This document shows positions 20,236 through 29,688 of a DNA stretch of 64,000 nt, piece by piece; positions within the stretch are counted from its first letter, which is position 1, and every line of letters starts with the position of its first letter. Location: positions 992,001 through 1,056,000 of the forward strand of contig CP060223.1 in the NCBI GenBank assembly GCA_023898465.1. The letters run 5' to 3'. Origin of the DNA: Candidatus Nomurabacteria bacterium (GTDB lineage Bacteria > Patescibacteriota > Patescibacteriia > HK-STAS-PATE-3). Position numbers and translations under genes: made by a program. Below the pieces are notes generated by a model. That model was not told the origin of the DNA. It saw only the letters and a list, made by a program, of their open reading frames with translations, and searched no databases.

Positions 20236-21276
20236 ATGGCAACAAAAACAAGCAGTCAGGAAAACGATAGCGCCGGACGCGGCAAAGCAGCTGAAATAGC
20301 TATTGAGCAAATTCGCGAGCGTTTTGGCGACGGTTCGATTATGAAGCTGGGAGAAGCACGTAAATCTGATGTGGAAGCAGTTTCCACTGGATGCTTATCC
20401 CTTGATATTGCTCTTGGTGTTGGCGGCGTACCCCGTGGGCGCGTTATTGAGATTTATGGACCGGAAGCTTCAGGTAAAACAACCCTTGCTCAGCACATTG
20501 TCGCCGAGGCACAGAAGAAAGGCGGTTTAGCGGCTTTTATCGATGCTGAGCACGCGCTTGACCCTGACTATGCTCGTAAGATTGGCATTAAGGTTGATGA
20601 TTTACTCATTTCTCAGCCTGATACCGGCGAGCAAGCCTTGGATATCTTAGAGACCTTGGTGCGTTCAAACGCAGTAGATATTATCGTCGTTGACTCGGTT
20701 GCTGCCTTAACACCAAAGGCGGAAATTGAAGGAGAAATGGGTGACTCACATATGGGTTTGCAAGCTCGCCTCATGAGTCAGGCCTTACGTAAGCTTACCG
20801 CTCTAATTTCTCGATCTCGCACCATTGTTATCTTCATCAACCAAACACGCATGAAGATCGGTGTCTTCTTTGGGAATCCTGAGACAACCACAGGTGGTAT
20901 GGCGTTGAAGTTTTATTCCTCAGTTCGCATCGAGATTCGACGTATTGGTCAAATTAAGCAGGGCGAACGGATTATTGGTAGCCGCACTAAAGCAAAAGTA
21001 GTGAAGAATAAAGTGGCCGCACCATTTAAGGTGACCGAGTTCGATATCATGTACAACGAAGGAATCTCCGTAGCCGGCGACCTCATTGATACTGGTCTCC
21101 AATATGGCGTGGTTGAAAAACGAGGTAATACCTATTCCTTTGGTGAAGCCAAGTTGGGAGTAGGTAATTACGCAGCACGCGACTTCCTTAAAAATGAGCA
21201 GAAATTACAGCAAGAAATTCGTACGCAAATTCTCGCTGCCGTGAAAGCAGAGCAGGAAGAAGCAGACAAAAAATAG
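20236..21276 (+). CDS. recA: recombinase RecA
   Basis: GPEASGKTT Walker [38 protein letters not shown]. Confidence 0.95.
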   Translation: MATKTSSQENDSAGRGKAAEIAIEQIRERFGDGSIMKLGEARKSDVEAVSTGCLSLDIALGVGGVPRGRVIEIYGPEASGKTTLAQHIVAEAQKKGGLAAFIDAEHALDPDYARKIGIKVDDLLISQPDTGEQALDILETLVRSNAVDIIVVDSVAALTPKAEIEGEMGDSHMGLQARLMSQALRKLTALISRSRTIVIFINQTRMKIGVFFGNPETTTGGMALKFYSSVRIEIRRIGQIKQGERIIGSRTKAKVVKNKVAAPFKVTEFDIMYNEGISVAGDLIDTGLQYGVVEKRGNTYSFGEAKLGVGNYAARDFLKNEQKLQQEIRTQILAAVKAEQEEADKK

Positions 21277-21325
21277 CTATTGTAGCAGATAAAAACAAAA
21301 GCGCGGTGATATGCCGCGTTTTTGT

Positions 21326-23710
21326 TTAGTAGCCAGTATTCGCGATGATCGTAGAGAGAAACTCAGCCGGAAATTTCGGGGGCTGGTCGGCTAAGGCTTG
21401 ATGGTAAATAACCGTAGATCCAGTTAAACCTGGTAAGGTGTTTACCTCAATAACATGTATTGCCCCAGTTTTGAGATGAACAAAGATATCGATCCGCGCG
21501 TAGCCTCGTATGCCTAGTGCAGTGGCTAGTTCAGCAATACGCTGCCTTACCTTCTCCACCGTCGATCCTTGAATCAAATGTTCAGGCGGTGGCGTGATAT
21601 TAATTCCAGTACCACCTTGGAATTTTTCTTCAACAGTGAGGACTTCACCCTCCGCGATCGTGATACTCGGAGCTAAGGCGTGTATTTTTCCTCGCACCTC
21701 AATCACTCCGGCAGTCATTTCCACCCAACCTGATACTGGCAGGTGCTTCATTTTATTCGCTTTGACCCGTAGCTTGTCAGTGGCAATGAAGCGTTCAATG
21801 AGGAGGCGCTTCGGAGCGGCGCTTGGTAACTCAATAATATCAGCCTGTCCGTGGAAAGTATTTTTAGGTATGTACGCAGCTCTTTTTTGTAGATACGCCA
21901 AGTAGGTTTTAAGATCCTGCGCGGTGAAGATGTGTGCGACTCCAGTTGTGCAGCCATCACTTTGCGGCTTGATAATAAAGGTTTTTGAATGAAGTTCTGT
22001 ATGTAATTTTTTCCAGAGCGCTTCAATTTGGCTACTTGTCATATGCAAAAGCGTGCTCGTCAAGAAGCTTTCTCCAGCAATTGCCTGCACCCCGGGTATG
22101 TTGAGTTGGCGAATGGCTTCCGCAGTTTTCCATTTATCCATACAGAGTTGAGAAGTCGTGGCTGGGGAGCCATTAAATTTTACCTTTGCCTTTTCGCAGG
22201 CTGCCTGAAGTGTCCCGTCTTCACCCTTACCACCATGCAGTGCAATGAAAAGGAAAGATGATGAGTGAAGGAGTTCATTCAGACTCAGTTTTCTCGGGTC
22301 AAAAAAGTCTTGTGCATTCTTCTCTTCTCGTAAACCTAGCTTGATTCGGGCCCGACGCTCAAAGTCCTCCAGCCGATGTTTTTCGTTTGGGTATTGCTGA
22401 CAGTTTTCCATTATTTCCTCTACCGTGTGATTCAAGCTGAGATGGTAGGGCAGCTTCCACACATCGCCATGTGTATCAAGCAAGTAGGGCTGTGGCTCAT
22501 ACTCTTTTGTTTGCCGTAGCTTTAGCCAGACATTTGTTCCACTCATGAGAGAAACCTGGCGCTCGGAGTTGCTCCCACCCATGAGAATTGTCACCGTCTT
22601 CCCTTTCTTTTTTTGTGAAGAGATTTCAGGGAAGTGAACACCTTGACGCGCGCTAGAGTGCTGTACAATGTATTGCAAAACATCCCGATGCGTTAGTCCT
22701 ACTCGAGCGGCCTGCTGGAAAAGAAAACTGTTTTGCTCCATACCGCTTACGGTATTAAAGTCACAGAACCATATTTTTCCATTAGGTAACACCCATCCGT
22801 CAAAACGAGCAGCATCGTGCATGCCAAAGAGGCGGAAGAGCTGTTCCCCTTGCGCCTGAATGCGTTCAATAATCTCTTGGCTAAAGCGAGGAGGGCAGTG
22901 CCATGTTACCTGTCGAGTTGGTAAATATTTCCTGCGGAAGTCAAAGATTTGATGCTCTGTATAGTCTGTTTCAATCTCAGTTGGCGGTAGGGCTACCGGC
23001 AGGGCAAACTGGTTTTCTAGTATGATCATGGTAAATTCCTTGCCCTGCGCAAAAGGCTCCACAACCACCCGGGTATCCATTCGCTTTGAGAAAATGAGTT
23101 TTGTTTTCTCGAGTGCTTCCTGAGGTGTTGCCACTGAAAATACTCCGATACTTGATCCGCCGCTAGCGGGCTTTACTACTGCGCGCTGGACTTTGTTATT
23201 TGCAAAAAAATCTTTGAGTATTTTTTCGTGATCAGTATGAAAAATTTTTAATACCGCGGAGGGAAGGGTAAAAAAATCGTGCCCAGCAATAAATGTATTT
23301 GCCGTGTGCTTATCAAAAGCCAGTCGACAAGCCTTTGATCCGGAGCCAACAAAAGGGATAGCATGTTTTTCTAAGAAACGCTGGATGCCACCATCCTCCC
23401 CAAAAGGTCCGTGCATCGCCGGGAAGGTGATAGCCACTTCTCGTAGCTTTTTCACTAGCGCTGCTGTGGTGAGTGGTGTGGCTGTTTGTTGAAGTTTAAA
23501 ATCAAAATCCGAAGGGGTGTTACTGTAGAGTTGGGCTTGAGAAATTTGATAGGCTTGTTTTTTGTTATCAAAATAAATTGGCACAATCTCAATTTGCTCA
23601 GATTTTAAGTGATCCATGAGCGAGCGAGCCGAGTTTAAAGAGATACCCCGTTCGAGTGAGGGGCCTCCGCAGAGCACTGCTACAGAAAATTTTGCAGATT
23701 TTTTTGCCAT
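21326..23710 (-). CDS. ddl: tandem-fused double D-alanine--D-alanine ligase (two Ddl / ATP-grasp modules in one 794-aa polypeptide)
   Basis: Two Ddl-type N-termini (FSVAVLCGGPSLERGISLNSARSL and VTILMGGSNSERQVSLMSGTNVW), each followed by ATP-grasp regions. Confidence 0.75.
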   Translation of the reverse strand: MAKKSAKFSVAVLCGGPSLERGISLNSARSLMDHLKSEQIEIVPIYFDNKKQAYQISQAQLYSNTPSDFDFKLQQTATPLTTAALVKKLREVAITFPAMHGPFGEDGGIQRFLEKHAIPFVGSGSKACRLAFDKHTANTFIAGHDFFTLPSAVLKIFHTDHEKILKDFFANNKVQRAVVKPASGGSSIGVFSVATPQEALEKTKLIFSKRMDTRVVVEPFAQGKEFTMIILENQFALPVALPPTEIETDYTEHQIFDFRRKYLPTRQVTWHCPPRFSQEIIERIQAQGEQLFRLFGMHDAARFDGWVLPNGKIWFCDFNTVSGMEQNSFLFQQAARVGLTHRDVLQYIVQHSSARQGVHFPEISSQKKKGKTVTILMGGSNSERQVSLMSGTNVWLKLRQTKEYEPQPYLLDTHGDVWKLPYHLSLNHTVEEIMENCQQYPNEKHRLEDFERRARIKLGLREEKNAQDFFDPRKLSLNELLHSSSFLFIALHGGKGEDGTLQAACEKAKVKFNGSPATTSQLCMDKWKTAEAIRQLNIPGVQAIAGESFLTSTLLHMTSSQIEALWKKLHTELHSKTFIIKPQSDGCTTGVAHIFTAQDLKTYLAYLQKRAAYIPKNTFHGQADIIELPSAAPKRLLIERFIATDKLRVKANKMKHLPVSGWVEMTAGVIEVRGKIHALAPSITIAEGEVLTVEEKFQGGTGINITPPPEHLIQGSTVEKVRQRIAELATALGIRGYARIDIFVHLKTGAIHVIEVNTLPGLTGSTVIYHQALADQPPKFPAEFLSTIIANTGY

Positions 23711-23866
23711 ATTTTTCTTAAAAAATATAGCATTTTCTTATATTTTTAGCAATAACGCTAATAATTACTATTTTTTTTGCAAAAATATTACTATTGCTTT
23801 GGTGATAAACCATATTGTTTCTTTGTTTCGTCAGGAGTAAACTAAAGCTAAAGATTAGTAACTAGT

Positions 23867-25000
23867 ATGCTTATGAAACGCTGGCAGAAGATTGTTCTTT
23901 CCGTCGCAGGAGTCTTTTTAATTCCCGGCATAGCTCTGGCAGCTACTATCCAGAGTGGAAATACCTATACTTTAGCCACTAGTGAAACCCTGGAAGGGGC
24001 TTTGTATGTGGCAGCTGGTACAGTAAATGTGGATGGCACAGTCAACGGAGATGTGATGGTGGCTGGTGGCACAGTTACAATCTCCGGCACAGTCAACGGA
24101 GACGTTCTTGCAACAGGCGGGACGGTCTCAGTGACTGGTAGTGTAAGTGAAGATATTCGTTTAGCTGGTGGTCAGTTAACCATTGCCACAACAGTGCCGG
24201 GAGATGTAACAGTTGCCGGTGGATCAGTTACCTTAGAAGATAATGCCGAGGTGATGGGAGATGTGCTAGTGGCCGGCGGTGACCAAATGTTGCACGGCAA
24301 GATCCACGGTAAAGTACGAGCAGCGGGTGGAGATATCACCTTAGCTGGAAGTATTGACGGTGATGTTCGCGTGTATGCTGGTGCGCTTAGCGTGGCTGAT
24401 GGTGCGGTGGTAAACGGTGACCTTACCTATTCCTCGGAGCATGAAGCAAGTATTGCCGCTGGAGCGAATATTGTAGGCACAGTGCATTATGACAAAACCA
24501 CCTATCGCTTAAGCTATGGCTTACTCGGTCTAACTATTGTAAGTCTGATTATCAAATTCCTTGCCTTGATGGTAGCGGCAGTTGTTGTGGCGGCTGGTTT
24601 CCGACGCTACAGCGAGAAGATTGTACACCTCGGACGGATGCAAATTGGTAAGCAGTTTGTGATTGGCTTACTCGTCTTCATTGTTACTCCAATCGCCTTT
24701 GCCATTCTCTTTAGCACGGTTATAGGGAGTATGCTTGGACTTCTCCTCCTTAGCATTTATATAGCCGTACTGATTGGGGCTGGCATCTTTGCTGGCATCC
24801 TTTTTGGAGCTATGGGTATGCGCTTCTTGAAAAAGGATTACCCAGAAAATGGCGACTGGGTTTCCGCCCTCCTAGGAGTATTAGTCTTGCAGCTAATTGT
24901 CCTGATCCCTATCGTGGGTTGGTTAGTCGGATGCTTCTTCTTCCTGCTCGCCCTCGGTAGTATTTGCACTGATAAATGGGTGACGATCAGAGGAAAATAA
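23867..25000 (+). CDS. beta-helix repeat protein (bactofilin/DUF4097-like GDV...GG(T/S)V repeats) with N-terminal signal peptide and C-terminal multi-TM domain
   Basis: About 10 tandem roughly 19-aa repeats (GTVNGDVMVAGGTVTISGTVNGDVLATGG...), then 4-5 hydrophobic helices. Confidence 0.45.
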   Translation: MLMKRWQKIVLSVAGVFLIPGIALAATIQSGNTYTLATSETLEGALYVAAGTVNVDGTVNGDVMVAGGTVTISGTVNGDVLATGGTVSVTGSVSEDIRLAGGQLTIATTVPGDVTVAGGSVTLEDNAEVMGDVLVAGGDQMLHGKIHGKVRAAGGDITLAGSIDGDVRVYAGALSVADGAVVNGDLTYSSEHEASIAAGANIVGTVHYDKTTYRLSYGLLGLTIVSLIIKFLALMVAAVVVAAGFRRYSEKIVHLGRMQIGKQFVIGLLVFIVTPIAFAILFSTVIGSMLGLLLLSIYIAVLIGAGIFAGILFGAMGMRFLKKDYPENGDWVSALLGVLVLQLIVLIPIVGWLVGCFFFLLALGSICTDKWVTIRGK

Positions 25001-25061
25001 CTGAGTAGATAAAGCAAAGGCCCCGGTGAGTACTAGGGGCTTTTGTTATTACCTAGATATC

Positions 25062-26774
25062 TTAGCTCAGTTGCTTTTTTAGCGAATCAAGAATTTTTAC
25101 GTCATGTCGTCGCCATTGCTGCATAGTTGCCGTATTAAGACGCCCACTTTTCAGTAAGGTTGCTAAGTGTTGACCGCTCACAAAGTGTGGCAGGATAACG
25201 TAGTCTGCTCCAGCGTCATAGAGTTGCTGCGCTTCCCAATTTGTATACGCAGTTACGATAGTAGTAGGACGATTTTTTTTGCGGTCCTGTTCACGGAGTA
25301 TGCCCAGCAAAAGTAGCGTGTCATTTAAATCCGGAATAGTTGAAATGATCACTGACGCATCCTCTAGTCGAATATGTTCTTGGATGTCCGGCTCTGTCAC
25401 ATCGCCAAATACAACTCGATAACCATCTTCTTCTAGTCGTTTTGCTACGACTGGGTCAAGGTCAACAATAACCACTTTTTTCTTTTGTATCTTTCGAAGT
25501 AGGTGTCCACCTAAGCGATTTGCCCCAGCAATAACAATTGATCCAGCTGGGATTGCCGGCATGGCTGATTCTTCTTTCGCATTCTTTTTTTCAAAAATAC
25601 CGAGTATTTTTTCAAGTCTAGGATAGAGCTCTTTACTATAAAGAATGAGATAGGTGGATAGTACGATGGTAATAATGCCGACCAGAGTAACAAGTGAAAC
25701 CTCTTGTGATCCAATATGCCCAAGCGTTAATCCCATACTCATGACAATGAGGCTGAATTCAGAAATCTGGGCGACAGTGACACTGGCATAGAAGCTAGTT
25801 TTTTTACGGTATCCCAAAAGCCCCATAATAATCAGCACAATGAGCGGGTTGCCAATCAGGACAAAGAATGAGAGTAAAATTGCTGGTCCAAGTACGGACG
25901 AGAAATCAGAGATGACAAGTGTCGAGCCGAGTACAATGAAGAAAATAACAATGAAGAAATCACGCAGAGGTCGAATTTGTGATTCAATTTGATATTGTTC
26001 TAGCGACTTGGCCAAGGCAACACCGGCTAGGAAGCCACCAATTTCAATAGAGAGGCCAATAATATCACTGGCAACAAAGAGGCTAATGCCAAAGGCCCAG
26101 GCAATACTCGTGACAAAGAGGAGCTCTTGCGATCGGGCAAGTTTTTCAAAAAACCAGGGCAGAACTTTTTGCGATAACCAAAGCATGATGCCAAAGAGGG
26201 CGGCGCTCTTCGCTAAAGTTAAGAGAAAGGGAGTGATTTGTAGACCAGTGGCGTTCTGCTGATAGCTGGCCAAAAAGATAAGCATGAAAATAGCCACCAC
26301 ATCTTGGACAAGCAAGAAGCCTACCACGATGCGGCCATAGAGGCTTTGGAGATCTCGTTTTTCCGATAACAGTTTCACCACGATGATTGTGCTCGAGAAG
26401 GTGATGGCCACTGCGATGTAAAGTGCAGAAACGGTGCTGTAGCCAAGTAGCTTCACAATTCCAAAGCCGATCAAACAGGTAAAAAGAATTTGTCCTACCC
26501 CAGTTAAGAGCGCTGCCCGTCCTACCGTTTTTAATGTATCAAAGCGCATCTGCATACCAACTAAGAAGAGGAGCAAGGTAATACCAAAAGATGCCATCAG
26601 GTCGAGAACGTGTGCGCTCCCATCAAATTCGAGTAAGCCAAATGCTCCAACTAAAATCCCAGCAACCAAGTAGGCCACTAAGGTAGGTTGACGTAGCACT
26701 CGGGCAACGAGTCCGAGAATTGCAGCGAGAACGATGACAAGGGTTACGTCGGCAAATGCAGCAGGCATATACAT
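25062..26774 (-). CDS. CPA2-family cation:proton antiporter (KefB/NhaP-like) with C-terminal RCK/TrkA-N domain
   Basis: 12-13 TM helices, then a Rossmann-like VVIVDLDPVVAKRLEEDGYRVVFGDVTEPDI; start taken at the internal MYMPAAF. Confidence 0.75.
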   Translation of the reverse strand: MYMPAAFADVTLVIVLAAILGLVARVLRQPTLVAYLVAGILVGAFGLLEFDGSAHVLDLMASFGITLLLFLVGMQMRFDTLKTVGRAALLTGVGQILFTCLIGFGIVKLLGYSTVSALYIAVAITFSSTIIVVKLLSEKRDLQSLYGRIVVGFLLVQDVVAIFMLIFLASYQQNATGLQITPFLLTLAKSAALFGIMLWLSQKVLPWFFEKLARSQELLFVTSIAWAFGISLFVASDIIGLSIEIGGFLAGVALAKSLEQYQIESQIRPLRDFFIVIFFIVLGSTLVISDFSSVLGPAILLSFFVLIGNPLIVLIIMGLLGYRKKTSFYASVTVAQISEFSLIVMSMGLTLGHIGSQEVSLVTLVGIITIVLSTYLILYSKELYPRLEKILGIFEKKNAKEESAMPAIPAGSIVIAGANRLGGHLLRKIQKKKVVIVDLDPVVAKRLEEDGYRVVFGDVTEPDIQEHIRLEDASVIISTIPDLNDTLLLLGILREQDRKKNRPTTIVTAYTNWEAQQLYDAGADYVILPHFVSGQHLATLLKSGRLNTATMQQWRRHDVKILDSLKKQLS

Positions 26775-26782
26775 AGTATAAA

Positions 26783-26817
26783 GTGACAAGTAATAAGTGA
26801 CAAGTAATAAGTGACAA
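26783..26817. repeat. tandem direct repeat GTGACAAGTAATAA x2.5 in the promoter region of the antiporter gene
   Basis: Seen directly; on the gene strand reads TTGTCACTTATTAC repeats ending TTGTCA...TATACT. Confidence 0.6.
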
Positions 26818-26885
26818 TAGATACAAAGCAATTTCTCTTTGTTTACTTGTGAGAAAGGCAAGTTACTTGCTATACTTTTGCTGTT

Positions 26886-27530
26886 ATGTTCACACGTAAA
26901 ACATTCATTCTTAGCATAAGCGCGCTTGGTCTGCTTGGTTTGATTTTCGCCTTCACTCGTTCCGGGGGAAATGTGAGTGAATCAAATACCAATACAAGTC
27001 GCGTTGAAGGAGTAGCCACTATGTCTAGTCAGCAGGAGAAGCTTGCCCAGTCGCCGACAGCTGTTGTAGAAACAAATTTCGGGACAATGAAGATTCGCTT
27101 TTATGCAGATGATGCGCCAGAGCTAACAAAAAACTTTATTGAGCTAGCCAAGAGCGGGTATTACGATGGATTAACTTTTCATCGGATTGTCCCGGGTTTT
27201 GTTATTCAGGGTGGTGACCCAAATGGTACAGGTACAGGCGGGCATAGCTATAAAGGTGAGGGTCAGGGCTTAGCCGATGAGCCAGGTGCTTTAGCGCTTA
27301 CGCATGAAGTTGGTGCGGTGGCCTGGGCAAAATCAAGCCTACCGAATTCTATTGGTAGTCAATTCTATATCGCTTTGCAGGAGTTACCAATGCTTGATGG
27401 TGGTTACTCAGTTTTTGGTCAGGTTGTTGAAGGTATGGATGTAGTGCAAAAAGTTGCTGCAGTGCAAACTGATGCCAGTGACATGCCAGTGGATCCGGTG
27501 ACCATTACAAAAGTAAGCTTGTTAGAATAA
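26886..27530 (+). CDS. peptidyl-prolyl cis-trans isomerase, cyclophilin type, with signal peptide/TM anchor
   Basis: FHRIVPGFVIQGGDPNGTGTGG... cyclophilin core. Confidence 0.85.
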   Translation: MFTRKTFILSISALGLLGLIFAFTRSGGNVSESNTNTSRVEGVATMSSQQEKLAQSPTAVVETNFGTMKIRFYADDAPELTKNFIELAKSGYYDGLTFHRIVPGFVIQGGDPNGTGTGGHSYKGEGQGLADEPGALALTHEVGAVAWAKSSLPNSIGSQFYIALQELPMLDGGYSVFGQVVEGMDVVQKVAAVQTDASDMPVDPVTITKVSLLE

Positions 27531-27545
27531 CTTAGCAAAAAAATA

Positions 27546-27578
27546 AAAATCAGCTCGTAAAAAGCTGATTTTTATTTA
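27546..27578. terminator. bidirectional intrinsic terminator AAAATCAGCT-cgtaaaa-AGCTGATTTT
   Basis: Perfect hairpin flanked by A/T runs between convergent ppi and efp. Confidence 0.65.
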
Positions 27579-27627
27579 GTCAAATTTATGCGCGCTCGAC
27601 CTCTCAACTTGCTCGAAGTCTCGCTCG

Positions 27628-28200
27628 CTACGCTCTCTCGACGTATTCGCCGGTTTCAGTGTTGACGCGGATGACGTCGCCGTTTTTCACAAATGCCGGG
27701 ACGCGGATAGTCGCACCAGTTTCCACTTTTGCTTCTTTTAAAACAGCACCTTGGGCAGTATCACCACGGACAGCGTCTGTGGTTTCTGTTACCGTCAGAG
27801 TTAGCTTCATTGGCAATTCAATAGTAACTGGCTTGCCGTTGTAGTTCATGATATCGACATCGAGTCCCTCAGTCATGAATTGCACTTCGTGTTCGAGTTG
27901 TGTTAGGGGGAGGGAGAATTGGTCGTAGCTTTCCGAGTCCATAAACACGCACTGATCGCCCTCGACATAGAGGAAACTTGCTTTGCCACGGCTAAGATCA
28001 GCCCGCTCTACTCGGTCGCCTGACTTAAAGGTCTGCTCGATAACCCGGCCATCCAACAAGTTTTTCAACTTCGTACGCATGTTCGGCTTACCCTGCGATT
28101 TGCGCATGAAGGATGCTTCCACAATCTTATATGGTGCACCACTCCAGTTAATCACCACGCCGAGTTTTAGGTCGGTGAGGTTTTGTAGAATGTCAGCCAT
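27628..28200 (-). CDS. efp: elongation factor P
   Basis: MADILQNLTDLKLGVVINWSGAPYKIVE...KPGKG-region; 190 aa. Confidence 0.9.
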   Translation of the reverse strand: MADILQNLTDLKLGVVINWSGAPYKIVEASFMRKSQGKPNMRTKLKNLLDGRVIEQTFKSGDRVERADLSRGKASFLYVEGDQCVFMDSESYDQFSLPLTQLEHEVQFMTEGLDVDIMNYNGKPVTIELPMKLTLTVTETTDAVRGDTAQGAVLKEAKVETGATIRVPAFVKNGDVIRVNTETGEYVERA

Positions 28201-28203
28201 ATA

Positions 28204-28428
28204 CTATTGAACCACAAATGGGATAAGCGCCATGAAGCGAGCACGCTTGATTGCTTCGGCCAGGCGTCGCTGGTGCTTCATGCAGACACCTGATCGGCGC
28301 CGCGGCACAATCTTCCCATATGAAGAAGTGAAACGCTGCAAGAGGCGAGTATCTTTGTAATCAATGTCTTCGATTGCGTTGACGCAAAAGTGACATGAGT
28401 GAGGTTGGATTTTTTGAGTGTTGTTCAT
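28204..28428 (-). CDS. rpsR: 30S ribosomal protein S18
   Basis: [49 protein letters not shown]. Confidence 0.9.
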   Translation of the reverse strand: MNNTQKIQPHSCHFCVNAIEDIDYKDTRLLQRFTSSYGKIVPRRRSGVCMKHQRRLAEAIKRARFMALIPFVVQ

Positions 28429-28429
28429 A

Positions 28430-28870
28430 CTAGAAAGGAATTTCTTCTACATTAATTTCGCCGTCATCAGCTGGGGCCGATTGAGGAGCACTTGCACCAG
28501 CACTGTCCTGTGACGGTGCGCTAGACATCGGGCTTTGGCCAGGTCGGTCAAGCATAATCATATTCTCAGCTACGATTTCTGTTCGGTTTCGCTTATTGCC
28601 TGATGGGTCTTCCCAGTTACGGGTTTGCATGCGACCTTCGATGAAGACGCGGCTACCCTTTTTGAGATATTGACTGCAGGTTTGTGCTAAACCAGACCAG
28701 GCGACAACATTATGGAACTCAGCAGCTTGCTTTCGTTCTCCGCTGTCTCGGTCTTTCCAAGTGCGGTTTGTAGCGACGCCGAATGAGCAGACTGATTGTC
28801 CGTTTGGAGTGTTACGGAGCTCAGGGTCTCGAGTGACGTTGCCGATAATTTGTGCGCGATTGAAATCCAT
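28430..28870 (-). CDS. ssb: single-stranded DNA-binding protein
   Basis: OB-fold [16 protein letters not shown]...[12 protein letters not shown]; acidic tail [12 protein letters not shown]. Confidence 0.9.
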   Translation of the reverse strand: MDFNRAQIIGNVTRDPELRNTPNGQSVCSFGVATNRTWKDRDSGERKQAAEFHNVVAWSGLAQTCSQYLKKGSRVFIEGRMQTRNWEDPSGNKRNRTEIVAENMIMLDRPGQSPMSSAPSQDSAGASAPQSAPADDGEINVEEIPF

Positions 28871-28882
28871 AGGTGTGTTTGC

Positions 28883-29380
28883 TTATTTGATGAGATCTTG
28901 TTCAAGGAGCTCGTCGATTTTTTCGTCTAAGTTTTCGAGAGAAGCGCGATCGTCTTCTTTTTCCACCTTGCGAGAAGAGGTGTTTTCCTCTTTTTCATCG
29001 CGTGACTCTTCAGCCTCGCTTTGCGCTTCTGCGCGTCGCTTGGCTTGAATGCGTTCTTGCAATTCCCGCTGGGCTGCTTCCATTTCTGGAGTGCGGACTG
29101 GCAAACGGATAATCTGATGACGTACTAAGTCTTGCTCGAGTCGAAAAATGCGATCGAGCTCAGCTAACTTTGTGCCGTCGATATCAAGCTCAAGAAGGAC
29201 ATAGAAGCCCTGCTTTAAGTGATTAATCTCATAGGCTAAGCGGCGCTTGCCCATGTTTTCGATTTTGGTGATTTGTCCACCAATATCGCTGATGTGCTTT
29301 TGCAACGTAGAAGCGTATTGTTCAGCTTCTTCGTCAGTAAAGCGGGGGTTGATGAGGAGGAGTAATTCGTAGTGTTGCAT
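28883..29380 (-). CDS. rpsF: 30S ribosomal protein S6 with acidic C-terminal extension
   Basis: MQHYELLLLINPRFTDEEAEQYASTLQ...GKRRLAYEINHLKQGFYVLLELD; conserved rpsF-ssb-rpsR order. Confidence 0.85.
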   Translation of the reverse strand: MQHYELLLLINPRFTDEEAEQYASTLQKHISDIGGQITKIENMGKRRLAYEINHLKQGFYVLLELDIDGTKLAELDRIFRLEQDLVRHQIIRLPVRTPEMEAAQRELQERIQAKRRAEAQSEAEESRDEKEENTSSRKVEKEDDRASLENLDEKIDELLEQDLIK

Positions 29381-29688
29381 ATGCTGAATTAAGAATATCG
29401 CACGGATGGCGGACCCGGGCGATGTAGACTTAGCTATATCGTGCGGGGGCCCTTGAGGGGTAATCCTTACTTCGCATAGAGCTCGAAGGACTGTCCGCAA
29501 TCTCGTTGTAAAAGCACCCTAACACAGGGTTATTTTTTTGGCAAGGGTAGAGAAAGTAAAGCACGAAACTCCAAATACAAGGCTCTAAACAAATTCTAAA
29601 TCCAAAACATTTACTAAATAGACTGAATTTAGGTCATTGAAATTTCTTATTTGTTTGGATATTCGATATTAGTATTTAGAATTTATCT

